A stretch of 62,318 nt of DNA, filler included, from Circinaria calcarea (Eukaryota): NCBI GenBank assembly GCA_051942165.1. It is 28 parts of 28 records of this genome, joined end to end, with 100 filler letters (N's around TTAATTAATTAA, not from the genome) between each part and the next. Parts side by side here need not be neighbours in the genome. Positions count along the whole stretch, not along the records: positions 44,654 to 46,776 come from JAVECS010003858.1; positions 46,877 to 48,999 come from JAVECS010003859.1; positions 49,100 to 51,221 come from JAVECS010003860.1; positions 51,322 to 53,442 come from JAVECS010003861.1; positions 53,543 to 55,662 come from JAVECS010003862.1; positions 55,763 to 57,881 come from JAVECS010003863.1; 22 more parts are not named here. The stretch is one strand, 5' to 3'. The position numbers and the translations under genes are program-made. How positions within the stretch are numbered: the first letter of the stretch is position 1; each line of letters opens with the position of its first letter. The notes beneath the pieces were generated by a model. It ran no database searches. It worked only from the letters and a program-made list of their open reading frames with translations, and was not told the origin of the DNA. This document shows positions 45,793 through 57,981 of the stretch, piece after piece.

Positions 45793-46776
45793 TCACTTCT
45801 TCCCCTCCAAGTGCTCCATCGTCATCACCCTCTCACAAAGCTCCTTCATAACCTCCGCCCCCTCCAAGTGCTCCCCTTTCCTCACCCTCTCACAAAGCTC
45901 CTTCATAACCCCAGCTCCCCACACCACATCCTCCACCTCCAAATAAATCTGCCCGCTAATCCTCCACCACCAGTTCCCGCGATACAGTATCAGCTGCACA
46001 TACGTATCGTTTTCCTCCGACGCTTTCCGCTTCAGCCACTCCACGACAGCGGCCGCATCTTGCCGCTTCACCTCTCCATCCCCGTCTCCAATCTTCAGAG
46101 GTAATCTCACATTCGCAAATGCGCATTTGGTCAGGCTCCCCTCGGCGTTATCCATGACCTCCGTTCCGAGGATCTCGGCGGCCTTCCGCCCGCCCTCGCG
46201 AGCGATATCCTCGCAGTACTTCATGATTTTCTCCTCGCCGCCGCAGACTTCCTGGCGGAACTTGATGGCGTCCGGGACGCAGAGGTAATTGGCATTGTCG
46301 ATGGTGCCGACGAACTGGTGGCCCAGTACGAAACGGTTCGTCTCGCTGCTCGGGAAGGGATTGTAGTCGGCCGTGTCCTCAGGCTGTCGCGGTTGAAACC
46401 CCCAGGATGTAGGCAGCGTGCTGCGGATGAGATGTTGGTTCCGGAGCGGGACGTAGAAGACGGCGCAGCCGCGGGGCACGAAGAGCCATCTGCCATAGAA
46501 CGTCAACATAGAGCGGAACCCCAAAACTCCAAACCCCCAGAAAAGTCCCCACATACTTGTGCAAATTACTCGTAAAGAAATCCGGCCTCACTCGGTCCAA
46601 CTCCAGCGGGATCTGTCCAATCCCATGCGCCCCATCCACACAGCTCAGCACGCCCAACTCCCGACACTTATCCACCAACTTCTCCCACGGCATCCGCACC
46701 CCCGGCATACTGCACACCGTATCGAACAGCGCCAGCCTCACCCTCCTTTTCTTCTTCCCCGCCTCCCCTTCTCCCT
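45793..46776 (-). CDS. EGT2: PLP-dependent class-V lyase, hercynylcysteine-sulfoxide lyase (Egt2)-like, 3' part
   Basis: LALFDTVCSMPGVRMPWEKLV..VDGAHGIGQIPL..PDFFTSNLHK, intron 46490-46556, then WLFVPRGCAVFYVP.RNQHLIRSTLPTSWG..GTIDNANYLCVPDAIKFR. Confidence 0.82.
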
Positions 46777-46876
46777 NNNNNNNNNNNNNNNNNNNNNNNN
46801 NNNNNNNNNNNNNNNNNNNNTTAATTAATTAANNNNNNNNNNNNNNNNNNNNNNNNNNNNNNNNNNNNNNNNNNNN

Positions 46877-48319
46877 ACGCTTATCAACTTTACTCCAGAA
46901 TCTTGAACCCGGAATAGCGCCGTCACGAGCAAAGGCATAGGTGCAACGACTTGCCGCTGTCAGAGCACCAATTCCAGCAAAGAACATGATACCGATGATT
47001 AGGAATAGTAAACCGAAGCCTCCTCCCGCAGATCCAGTGACGATCTTAAACAATAAGCCAATAGGCTGGCCGTTCGCGACGGAGAGAAGAGTCTCGATAT
47101 CCGGTAGTACAAAAAGTATAGGTATAATATAGAGAAGACCAGTCAAGCCTGCTGCGGCCACAGAGAGAACCATTGCTTTGGGCACTTCTCGCTCAGGATT
47201 TTGAACTTCCTCGCACATGGCCGCTACCATCCCATAGCCAGTAAGGGTGTATGCCGCCTGGAGGAGACCCACGAAGAAAGCCCATCCCGCTGGCCTGTAG
47301 ATGATTTAGCTATCTTTATATCGACAGATATTAGTTCTTGACTTACCAACCACTTGCAGATGCATCATAGTGACCAAAGACGAAATCGCCGCCACGTTTC
47401 GAGGGTGCCAATACCAGAATAGTAATCATAATAATGAGTACACTGGCAGAGGTCCAATAGATGCACACTTTGTTGATGATATCCAGATAGCGTGAACCGA
47501 AGACGTTAACCAACATGGACACCAGCATTACCTGGTACTGTTGGTATTGATCATGAAACGTGGAATTACAAACCTACCGCCCAGTACATCAAGACCGTTT
47601 GATATGCGTTTGGCACAAAGTCTTCCCTCCAGAGAGTGATAGCAGCTGCCCCGTTCGTTAGTCCTTACGACCTTTCAAAAATACATGCAAATACCCACAC
47701 AAGATCAATTGTGCTCCCCCAAAGTTTATACTCGTTGTCACGGTCCAGTTCCCCACCAGGGTCAACCAGCCCGTCACCCAAGATGTCAACGGGGCCCATT
47801 TCTTCGTCGAAAGCATTGCACTCCAGTAGTATACTCCTCCAGCAGTAGGATAAACGGCGCAGATCTCGCCGAGGGAGGCTGCGATGCAGAGGGAGATGAG
47901 GGTAATCAGAACCCATCCCCAGAGGACGGTGACCGATTGACCGTCCGTCAGGGAGATGTAAAAGGTCGTGCTGATGCCGTATGGAGCTGCGATGATGGCA
48001 AAGGATCTGCCGAGGGAATCCGTTAGCAAGAGCTGGGGACGTTTGAGAAGGCAAAGCGCGCATGGCAGTATCGATGGTGTCTAGGAGGCCGTGAGGTTCG
48101 GGAGGCACATTCGTCTTCACACTCGTACCAACGACTGACATTTCACCCCAAAGAAAGGTGTAGGGAAATGATACACGGTGCTCTCCAAACAAGACAGCAA
48201 AAGCTACGGACGTACAATCCCAGGATACTCAACATGCTCAGATTCCGAGGTAGCTCACTCTTGTAGCCCATCTTGGCCAACGCCGCCTCAGCGGAGCCAT
48301 CCGTGGCTCCTTCGCCCAT
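46877..48319 (-). CDS. APC-superfamily amino-acid/polyamine permease (Tpo5/Uga4-like), 5' part
   Basis: MGYKSELPRNLSMLSILGL | SFAIIAAPYG..SLGEICAVYPTAGGVYYWS..| GLLQAAYTLTGYGMVAAMCEEVQNPEREVPKAM..ASRCTYAFARDGAIP; four introns. Confidence 0.92.
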
Positions 48320-49099
48320 CTCGAGAGTCTCCGTACGCTTTTATAAAATCAATCGCCTGGAGCTTAGGAATCACGACTCTGAAATATATATATACACTTG
48401 GAAGATGCGGTCGAGAGAATGAGAAGCCTCAGCCTGAGCCAACCCCGCCAAGAGGCGTCTTCGTCTTCCCGCAGCAAAGCCACTGCTGTCAACATTCAAC
48501 CCATCCTTATCTTTTCGCAGAGATGGGCATGGGCCGTCGAAACGGTTAGCCCCAGCCCAGGAACTAGCCACGAGCCGGATCGTCGTGGAAATAGACGGGG
48601 GATCATTGATCCGATATGGTAAGGCTTTCGGATCAAATGACCTCTTTGGGATAAATTATGCAGGCAACTCAATCTTGCATCTCATCATCTATAGGGTCAT
48701 GGATGTCATGATGGCCAGCCACAGTATCACGTACCAACTAAGGTAGTCTCACGGAAAGCAGGCATCGGACTGGAACAGCAAAGCACGCCAGCATACAGAG
48801 GGCCAACGACATGCAGACAATAACCAGGACATGGTCACCCTCGTCGTCGAGCTCCATTCATCCCCGTACCCAAAAGGACATGTCGAGTGCAAGCCCTATC
48901 TATCTCTTGCATCCCGACAGCGCCTTGTCAAGCTCCTTCAACAGATTCTGCCCTCCAAACAGCCCGGTCCCGATTCCATTGTAAGACTCAATCTGTGAGN
49001 NNNNNNNNNNNNNNNNNNNNNNNNNNNNNNNNNNNNNNNNNNNTTAATTAATTAANNNNNNNNNNNNNNNNNNNNNNNNNNNNNNNNNNNNNNNNNNNN

Positions 49100-49392
49100 T
49101 TCACTGTTCGTATACTCCGAGCGCGCATGTAGGGTTTCCTTCACCTGTCGTGGGGTAGAAGGCTTCCGACAGTGGTGCCTTAGAGGGCTTTCGTAGGCTG
49201 GGGATGACCTAAAGGGAGTAGATATGATCAGCTCCGAGAATTTACCTCTGGGTCCCATCTGCAAATATACATGTGCCTAATGTTTGACGGCCGAGTTGGA
49301 CCTCCAACACCAGGAATATCAAGAGAAATTCCATGTGACGGGATAATACCCGCTTCTTCAGCGGAAGCCTCTTTCTTGGGTGTCATCGGCAT
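49100..49392 (-). CDS. N-terminus of a Ca2+/calmodulin-dependent kinase kinase (CmkC-like)
   Basis: MPMTPKKE.., intron 49209-49270, then SSPAYESPLRHHCRKPSTPRQVKETLHARSEYTNSE; the VKETL.ARSEY motif precedes the kinase domain in fungal CaMKKs. Confidence 0.7.
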
Positions 49393-50222
49393 CTTGACCG
49401 ATATAACCTCATATGGTTACCATAACAATTGCAAGAGTCCCGATCAATGCAGACTGCCTAATGGTTGATGCGAGGCTGTCTGTCACTCAGCCGCCCAATT
49501 GAGAAACCCAACCGCTTAAGCGACCCTTCGGACCGTTAGATAGCAGATTCAGCCCTATCTATGGCGCGGATGTAAGATATTATCGCCGATGCTAAATTTA
49601 CGCGATAGTCGCTGCTATGAATCTCAATATACTAAGAGCTCGAAGAGTCCACATAAACCCCAGGGATTATGGTTGTATAGTAACCCACCAAGGACAAATA
49701 CCTGGCTGTAGATATGTCAGGTCTATGTCCAACCTATCTGAGCCTTGCAATCTTTGTGTGCCTGAATTGTGGACCTAGTGTATTACGACTCCAAATGTAG
49801 ATGAATCTGAGCGAATACAAAGTGACTACAGGATGGGGAACTACAATTACGTCTACAGGATAGGCTAATGGAGCTGGTCACGAAATTACACTATGGGTCA
49901 TTATGAAACGATGGCCGAGAATACATTCGTCTTAGCGGGCTATGGTATATATGGTAGAATTTGATGACATTAGTACTTGCTCATTAAAGTTGATAAACCG
50001 GCGAGCATAAGGCTAAACCACCAACCACTGTGGAAGGTTAGGCGGAGACAAACTTGACTTGAGTCAAAGTCTATATATGAGCCTCAAGAGCAACAGTGTC
50101 CTATCATATCAACACATGAATGAAACCCACTCTGCTTCAAGTCCTATCGTAACCTATTGCAGGCTACTCGTACCTGTCAAGAAGCTGGTACCGGCAGCAG
50201 GGTGGCTGGACAGTAATCAATA

Positions 50223-50500
50223 GTACATTACTGTACTTCGTCCATTGTCAATAGGAAGATACCTATTTGCCAACCACCAGAGTTTTCGACTCTTCCTGAA
50301 ACTCTTCCGTACATTATTGTACTTCCCTATTGTCAATAAGAAGACCCTCGGATTTACCTATGTTCCCAGCCACTAGAGTTTTCGACTCTTCTTGAAACTC
50401 TTCCGTACATTATTGTACTTCCCCTATTGTCAATAGGAAGACCCTCCGATTTACCTATATTCCCAGCCACCAGAGTTTCGACTCTTCTTAAAACTCTTCC
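50223..50500 (+). repeat. Three tandem copies of a ~86-96-bp unit upstream of a gene
   Basis: Units start at 50223, 50309 and 50405: GTACATTA.TGTACTTC..ATTGTCAATA.GAAGA..TACCTAT..CCAC.AGAGTTT(T)CGACTCTTC.T.AAACTCTTCC. Confidence 0.92.
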
Positions 50501-50804
50501 TCAAACTCTTTCTTACTACCACACCTCCACTCCGACCACTTCAAGTTCCTTGCACAATCAACCCACCATCAACACCACTTGCACCTACCTCACCCTTCCC
50601 CTCTAGCACCAAGCATTTCACCCTACAGTTAACTGTCAATCGTCGACCAAACCAAATCAAGAGTAAGTTTCCCAGTTGGATCGTTACCTGTTCAAGCACG
50701 AATGTACTTCAGTGTCATGAGAAGCATTCGTGTCCGCGATTTCCATGTTTTCTTCAGAACATGCAACCGAGTAGCAGCTCTCTTGAACTGACATATGGAT
50801 AGCA

Positions 50805-51221
50805 ATGCCTGCCATGAAGCGGAAGAACGAGGACGACGGTGGAGAATGCGCGGCTGGTCCGCGGCAGTCGGAACGACTCTTGAAGAAGACCAAGATGTTG
50901 TACGCTAAGGAGAAGAGAGGAGCAACGAAGCGGTCTGGAAGCCCAGTGCGCGGCAAACTAGACGCGGAGCCCATCACGATGGCAGATGCAACCCTTGCGC
51001 GTATGGGAGAACTAAAGGAAGCATTTGGCAAAGTGGCCGCGGCATTGAAGCCGGTCCTTGCAGAGATTGCCGAAAGGACAGTGAACGAGCTTGCAGCAGA
51101 CGCAGAGTTGCGCAAAGACAACGAAAACTACCAGAGCACCATGAGAGCACTAGATGGATATCTCTCGGAGAGGAAGGAGATTGAGGCTGGTAGGCTCAGA
51201 CAAGAGATGGATGCCCTGAAC
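50805..51221 (+). CDS. Hypothetical coiled-coil, probably nuclear protein, 5' part
   Basis: MPAMKRK (NLS-like); RMGELKEAFGKVAAALKPVLAEIAERTVNEL helix; probable 5'-UTR intron 50663-50802 ending 2 nt before the ATG. Confidence 0.6.
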
Positions 51222-51945
51222 NNNNNNNNNNNNNNNNNNNNNNNNNNNNNNNNNNNNNNNNNNNNTTAATTAATTAANNNNNNNNNNNNNNNNNNNNNNN
51301 NNNNNNNNNNNNNNNNNNNNNCCTTTCCCCCATACATCAAACAGTCTCTCAGCCTCGCTCGATCTCCCGTACCTCCCAATCGCTTGATCTAGAGCTGGAT
51401 GCGATGAACCCGCCCCTCATCTTTGTTTTTCCCCCCATTCTTTTGAATAGGAAAAAAAAACAAAGAGGAGAAGCCGTTTTATCGTCATGAGACAAGAGCG
51501 AAAAATTTGCCAGCCAAAAAACCCGATGGTTTTTGAGTACGCTCCCACCCATGTTTTTCTGTTCTGATTCTGTTGGAATGAAAAACCAAACATGGTGCGG
51601 AATGCGTAATTTGATCGTCGGGATATTGATTTTCGTTTTTTGGGGGTGTGAGTGGAGGGGGAGGGGGATTGAGAGTGTATCTGGGATGGGACATTTTGGT
51701 TTTACTGTTTTCCTTTTTTTTGGAAAAAAAAGGCGCGCTTTTGAGAAGAATGGTACAGGCAACTATAAATGTCTAATATGAACTTTCTAATTCCCAAAGT
51801 CATGGCCAAGAACCCGGATACGTGAAGAGAATATACACCGAAATATTCCCCATACCTCCCGGTCCCCGTTGTACAAGCTCCGTGCTCCATCTGTCCTCAC
51901 TCACCATCTATACCTTACACCAGACCGGTGACGGCAACTCCCCCT

Positions 51946-53442
51946 TCACATTGTCCAGTCCACTTTGCTGCAACCCCCCATCTCCTTTTCAAACGCCTCA
52001 ATCTTCCCAAACTTCCACCCGCTAACGTACTTCCTTCCCTGCTCCATATTCTTGCTCCCGCCCATCTTGAAACTCCTCCCGATCCCGCACGAGCGATCCA
52101 TGTGCATCCATTGGTAACAATCCTTGTCCGCGTCGCACGCTGTCTTGCAGCTTTCCGGTGAGTCTGGGGAGGAGCGCTGAATGTCGGTGAGTTCGGCCCA
52201 TGTCTGACCGTTATATTTTGTATCGGGTTTGTCGGCGGGCGGTGGGGTGTAGATAATGTCCGTGGAGAGATTGTTCCAGTCGGAGCGGAGGGGTTGGAGG
52301 GTAGGTTTTACAAAGTGATTGAAGATGTCGACGAAGAGGAGGGGTCTCTGTACGAAAAGTGTGTGAGTAAAGGGATTAGGAGGAGGAGAATTGGGTAGGC
52401 CTACTGTGATTCCTTTGGCTTTCCTTTCTTGCTCAAAGTTCCAGACTTGGGAGACTTCTTGCGCGGTCAGATGGTGCATGGTCATAACGGGTTGGCACCA
52501 TTGGTTGGCTCCGAAGGGTAGTGTGGATGGCTTTTCGCCATTCATCATTGGCCAGGCTTTGCTGAGTTTGATCTCTTCATCCAGAAGGACCCTTCCGATC
52601 ATTCTGTCGCCGCAACAGATATCGTGTACCGCTTTATCGTACTTGGTCGCAATGTCGGGATGCTTTCCAACTGCAACTTCCATGGCTTGCTGAGAGATAA
52701 TGTAGCCAGTGCCACCGTGAGCAAACTCGATATCAAGGTATGTCGGCGAACCGATATAGTATGGTTTCTTTGGATCGAGTTTGTTTAAGAAAACCCGTAG
52801 GTTATCCCAAATGAGAGCTGTGTCGGCTTCAATAAAGACATACCACGGAGCGTCAGGGCGATATCGATATACTTTGAGCAGTATATGTAAGAACTTGTAT
52901 TTATCTAGGTTCCATCCGTTGAGTCCATTCTTCAATTGCCGGGGATCTTCTCCAAGGTCGTGATATGTTTGTAGGGTTCGGTAGAGGTTGAAGTTGTCGT
53001 TATTCGCCTTGATATCCTCAGAGACTTCATCCAGGCTATCGATCAGGTGGTGTCCTGCCATATCCATTTCCATGTCCGAAAACAGAATAGAGTCGTTTGC
53101 ACATTTCAAAGTCGTCAAGAAATGTATGGGAAGTTTGTCGTAGGCCTCTGTTGCACCAGTCTTCATCACCAAGAGAATATCACTCGTGTCAGGAAAGCCA
53201 TCACAACCCGCTGCGACTGTTGCTGACGTGAGTGGAGCAATCGAGGTTGAGGATGCTACACCCGAGGCGCTCGTCGTACTCGTTATAACCGTTGTGCCCG
53301 TCGAACTTTGATATGTTTCCTTGGCTTCTACAGGATGGGGAGGGCTAGACGGCTTCGGGGGATTGCCAAACTTAGGAAGTTCCCCAACGTGAGGTCGTCC
53401 AGGCGCATGGTCGGAAAACACGGAGCGGAAAGATATGATAAT
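51946..53442 (-). CDS. Glycosyltransferase family 31 (Fringe-like) protein, 5' truncated
   Basis: ILLVMKTGATE, GWNLDKYKFL, WYVFIEADT, FAHGGTGYIIS, CCGD and WCQPVMTMHH; in-frame 57-nt intron 52348-52404; C-terminal Cys-rich CKTAC..CYQW..C. Confidence 0.9.
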   Translation of the reverse strand: MIISFRSVFSDHAPGRPHVGELPKFGNPPKPSSPPHPVEAKETYQSSTGTTVITSTTSASGVASSTSIAPLTSATVAAGCDGFPDTSDILLVMKTGATEAYDKLPIHFLTTLKCANDSILFSDMEMDMAGHHLIDSLDEVSEDIKANNDNFNLYRTLQTYHDLGEDPRQLKNGLNGWNLDKYKFLHILLKVYRYRPDAPWYVFIEADTALIWDNLRVFLNKLDPKKPYYIGSPTYLDIEFAHGGTGYIISQQAMEVAVGKHPDIATKYDKAVHDICCGDRMIGRVLLDEEIKLSKAWPMMNGEKPSTLPFGANQWCQPVMTMHHLTAQEVSQVWNFEQERKAKGITVGLPNSPPPNPFTHTLFVQRPLLFVDIFNHFVKPTLQPLRSDWNNLSTDIIYTPPPADKPDTKYNGQTWAELTDIQRSSPDSPESCKTACDADKDCYQWMHMDRSCGIGRSFKMGGSKNMEQGRKYVSGWKFGKIEAFEKEMGGCSKVDWTM

Positions 53443-53542
53443 NNNNNNNNNNNNNNNNNNNNNNNNNNNNNNNNNNNNNNNNNNNNTTAATTAATTAANN
53501 NNNNNNNNNNNNNNNNNNNNNNNNNNNNNNNNNNNNNNNNNN

Positions 53543-55454
53543 CGGCCCACAGCTGTCATTTCTTTCGTTGTGGTTGTAGTCGCATCCCTATTGACATGAG
53601 GGGCAAGCCAATATGGGACCGCGCGCCATTCCTTGCGAATGTTGAAAGCCAAATTGTTGATTTGACCGTCGAGACGTAAGAAGCGAGTTGTGTATTCATT
53701 GTCGTCCAGTGAGTTACGTGACTGAGCCAGACGTTGGTGAGCTAGCGTGTTCTGCAGGTTTTGCACCTGCGCATCCTTGTCAAAGTAGTATTTTTTGACC
53801 TTGCGGTATTTCTCGTCTACATTAGTGTTAGTTATAGTAACTCTGTGAATAGCAATTTATAAGCTAACTCACTTAACTCGTCGTACTTTGCGAGAAGACT
53901 GGCCATGTCATGCCCTGTCAGATCGTCGCGTGACCTACTGGGCGGAGGCGTACTCTGTCCTTGGTCAGAACTACCCTGCGGGACCACTGGAGATGGCTGA
54001 GGTGTGCCTCGATAATTGCCCCCTTGTGGGTTATTCACACTTAGTTGGGAACCATACTGGGCCGTAGACGCTCCATTGGCCTGATTTCCGCCCTGCCCAT
54101 TCTGGCTATAGGCTTGGTAGCTAGGAGGATCTCGATTCGAAGCCGGTTGCGAGTTCTGTTGATTGGATTCGACCGCTCTTGAACTAGGATGGGGCTGGGT
54201 TGATGCTGGAGCCATTGAGCTGTCTGTGCTCACCGGGACTCCTTGAAGCGAAGCTGTCCTCTGACGAGACTGTGCTGGTTCAAACGCCGGTGACGGAGGT
54301 TGGTATGATTGTCGGGAGGAAGGTCTGCTATTTTGGGCAAATTGGGATTGTGGATAGGCGAGGTCTAACGCGCCACGAAGAGGTAAGGGATGACTAAATG
54401 TTGAGCTTGCCGAGGTAGGGACTGACTGGGATGATTGATATTGTACCGACTGATCAGTGGAAAGATTACGAGGGTGAATGGTTGGGCGTGAGCCTCTGTC
54501 CCAAGTAGATAGCCGATGAGGCGCCGAATTCTCCGCTAGATGCGATTGGCTGGAGGCCGACGTGGAAGGCTCGAAGTCTGCTTGATTATATGATCGGTCC
54601 TGCTCTGGCGAAGGTGGATGTTGTTGTGGTCTTTGGGGATCTTTCGGAGGAATTGGCGGTAGCTTTTCGGAGATTTGACCGTAAGGACTGTTTGTGACCG
54701 CCCCTCCTCCCTGCTCTTCCTCGCTTCCCGCTGAGGAGTATGGTGCTGGGGTAGAGCCCGAGGGCCAACGCTGCGAGTTGGGATGATTTTCTATATTAGG
54801 GGATATCTGTGATCCTATATCTGTCCTGCGCACGGAGATGCTTCGGCCGATGCCTTTCTGGGGGCTTGCGGTTGAGTTTTGCACCGAATCCCTGAGGTTC
54901 GACGGCTCCCCGAATTTAAAAAAGCGCCTCTTTTTCTTCTGCTCCGGTTTGATCGCAGCTTGCTGATGTTGTTGATGGTAATAAGCGTCAGGATCCTCGT
55001 CAATCCTTGTTGCTACTGCACCGCCCTGTGGGGACCCGACCAAGTGTATGGTTGGCTGTGAGGGCTGGGCGCCAAACTGGGATCTCTGTGCTGGCGGTGT
55101 CCGTTGACTTTGCGCCCTCCTCGGTATGTCACCGTTACCTTGGTAGAACCTCGACGCGTCTTGATCGTAGGGCTGCCCAAACCGGTCTTCTCGGTCTTCC
55201 GAATCAAGGGAGGAGACGGCTGACGGCGGTGGGAAGGCGGGGGATTGCAAAGGCGAATCGATGGGCGATGCCTGGTATGATCGCGGCTCCTGCGTGCTGA
55301 GAAGAGAGGCTTGGGATCTGTTGGGTTTGAAGAGGGACAGCTTATGATTCTTATGGGAGTGCATTGCTGTCGGGCTGGTGGTGGGAAATTGGTTTCTCGC
55401 GTCTCGATCGGATGTCAAGGGTTGGGAATCTATTTTAGGCTGGCTGGTAGACAT
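53543..55454 (-). CDS. Conserved fungal protein with long disordered S/P/Q-rich N-terminus and coiled-coil (3' truncated)
   Basis: 540-codon ORF, intron 53817-53872, then EKYRKVKKYYFDKDAQVQNLQNTLAHQRLAQSRNSLDDNEYTTRFLRLDGQINNLAFNIRKEW. Confidence 0.85.
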
Positions 55455-56008
55455 TGTTCATACGACCTTATTGCTGTGTTTGACGGAGAGCCTCTAGAGT
55501 GCCAAGATGATACAAACAATTCTGGGATCTTTACGGCACAGGACAAAGGTCGTCATTTCGAATGCATTGGGAAATGTCGAGGGTGATCAGCGCAGCATTG
55601 CCGGGCATATGGATTCTCGAAAGGCAATAAGAACGTTTTGCGCCGGGGCAGGGGGAAAGAGGNNNNNNNNNNNNNNNNNNNNNNNNNNNNNNNNNNNNNN
55701 NNNNNNTTAATTAATTAANNNNNNNNNNNNNNNNNNNNNNNNNNNNNNNNNNNNNNNNNNNNCAAGCCTTCTATATAATATAACCCTAACCTCCTTTTCA
55801 GTGTTACGTCCCTAAGCTTCTTAGGCAAAGGCAATGCTAGTCACTGATATAAGGCAGGGGCTCTGTAATAGGCACAAGGGTTCTATACCAATCACTTGGC
55901 AAGTAATGAGTAACGATAGAAGTATATTGCTACACTTGTAAGGTCTTGACCACACAGGTCAAATACTACGGAAAGGACTGAGACTATATAGGTCTTTCCG
56001 AGGTTACA

Positions 56009-56930
56009 CGAACCCTCCCAAAAGGGGTGGACGTAGTGGACGTCGTGGACGTAGCCACGTCCAGTACGTCCAGTACGTCCAGTACCACCAGTACGCCTAT
56101 CCCGCGTACTGCTCAGACCTCTTGGCACAGCCTTGCGGGTTGCGCCATTACATTCAGCCTCCTCCTTTATTATAGCAGCCATTAACCTCCGAATCTTCTA
56201 CTTTCCAATCTTCCTAACATCAGAAGATTCTTTACTAACCTTTTAATACGCTAATTACTCCTCTTTCTCTTATTTAGCTATTTCTTTTAGCTCTTTCTAA
56301 ACCTGCCTTTCTGCGGCTTTTATAATTTTCGCTTCCTCCGCCATTCGCCGTCTCTCAGCTAAAGCTACTGCCCTCTTTCTTTATCCTCCTCTTTCTATTT
56401 CTTCTTAATAATAGCCTGAGCCTTCCTGGCCTCAATTACTTACCTTTTAGCCAATTCATCTTCCTCTTTAATTGCCTAATGCTCTCTAGCAGCTTGCACC
56501 CTTACTAAATTAAGAAATTAAGATCCAGAATCATCTTCACCAAGTAGATTAAAACATTTGCCTCTATTCCGACGTTTCTTTTCTTATTAAAAAACGTTAA
56601 ATAGCCCTTTAATAACATATTAACTAATAGAATGTTCGATAACGAGACGTTCGTTTACATAAAAAAGTTTTAATATAAATATATCTTTTAACCTAAATCT
56701 GTATACGCGGTACATATGGCGAACTACACGGCAGCTGATTAACGTTTTTAATGATATAAAAACCATAATTAGCTGTTTTTTAATAATTTTGTTAAGAATA
56801 ATACTCGGATTATATAAAAATATACTAGTTTTCTCGAATCCGGAAATAATATTCTTTTAATAAAATACGCGCTACCAGACAGGCCAAAAAACACTTTAAA
56901 AAATATATTTAAATATACTTATTATATCTA
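56009..56930 (-). mobile_element. RIP-degraded pogo/Fot1-like DNA transposon (3' part of transposase plus terminus)
   Basis: Minus strand reads FWPVW*RVFY*KNIISGFEKTSIFLYNP and EKKRRNRGKCFNLLGEDDSG..RVQAARE, with TAA/TAG stops consistent with CAA/CAG>TAA/TAG. Subterminal 9-bp repeats GTGGACGTM and inverted ACGTCCAGT at ~56027-56095. Confidence 0.85.
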
Positions 56931-56933
56931 AAC

Positions 56934-57093
56934 AGTTGAAATATCAACTGTATGTGGGCAGTGGAAAAACCTCTGGTTCGTTATATTGCTATGGAGGTGT
57001 ACTGGCAGACTATATACAACTGCCACTACGCTAGTCCTATTCCAGCTCCGCCCCCTGCGGGTTCTACCCCTATAACCTAGCCTCCTTTCAACT
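56934..57093. mobile_element. Possible solo-LTR-like insertion interrupting the pogo relic
   Basis: A GC-richer 160-bp block bounded by inverted AGTTGAAA...TTTCAACT; no TSD seen. Confidence 0.3.
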
Positions 57094-57881
57094 ATATTTA
57101 AAAAAAAATATAATAAATATATAAAAATATTAATAAAGAACGGACTACCGAGAAATAAATAAATACGCTTGTTTAAAAAAAATCTATCTTAATTTATAAA
57201 ATCGATTTCTAATAATTAATATCACGAACCAATTAAAATAATATAATGTGAAATAATAAAGGTAATATAGAGTGGAATAGGCTGTATTGGTTATAATAAC
57301 TATTAGTTTATATGTGTGGACTTTATTATAGAACTGCATAACAGAAAACCTCTACTATGTATGCGTTCGGTGGATGGTTCGACCGCTCCGAATACTAGTT
57401 CCTCCATATAGTGTAGAACCCCTATTCTTGACATATAATATTAATAAATTAATTTTATTAAGAATTAAAAAATACGATTAAAAATAATATTATTAAAAAT
57501 AATTAATTAAATAATTTATAAAATATAATCGCCGCAACGATTAAAATCGATAATTATTAATTCGAACGATAATTAGAAAAAAAAATAACCACGGAGAAAT
57601 AATATATATATTAAAGAAATAGAAAAATAATAATAAATTTTATTATAAATTATAATTTATAAAAATTAATATAATATAAATACGAAAATTATTTAAAAAA
57701 TTTAAAAAATTTTAAATAATTTAATAAATAAAAAAGCTATATTTTAATTATAATAAACCCGGATATCAGATTAAAAATTATTATTAGAAAAAATAATTTA
57801 ATATTATTAAAATTATATAAAAATTATAATTAAATATTATTAAAATTATCAACGATCACGCAGTAATATTCTAGATTATAT
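57094..57881. repeat. Extremely AT-rich, probably heavily RIP-mutated repeat DNA
   Basis: TpA-rich and CpA/TpG-poor, with residual CpG; adjoins transposon relics. Confidence 0.7.
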
Positions 57882-57981
57882 NNNNNNNNNNNNNNNNNNN
57901 NNNNNNNNNNNNNNNNNNNNNNNNNTTAATTAATTAANNNNNNNNNNNNNNNNNNNNNNNNNNNNNNNNNNNNNNNNNNNN

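Noticed and set aside
55781..55790. TAACCCTAAC as a telomere or telomerase-RNA template
   Set aside because: Fewer than two repeat units, inside transposon debris, with no supporting structure
55802..56008. Solo LTR (TGTTAC...GTTACA)
   Set aside because: No TSD, no second copy in the window, and the right end overlaps the putative pogo terminus
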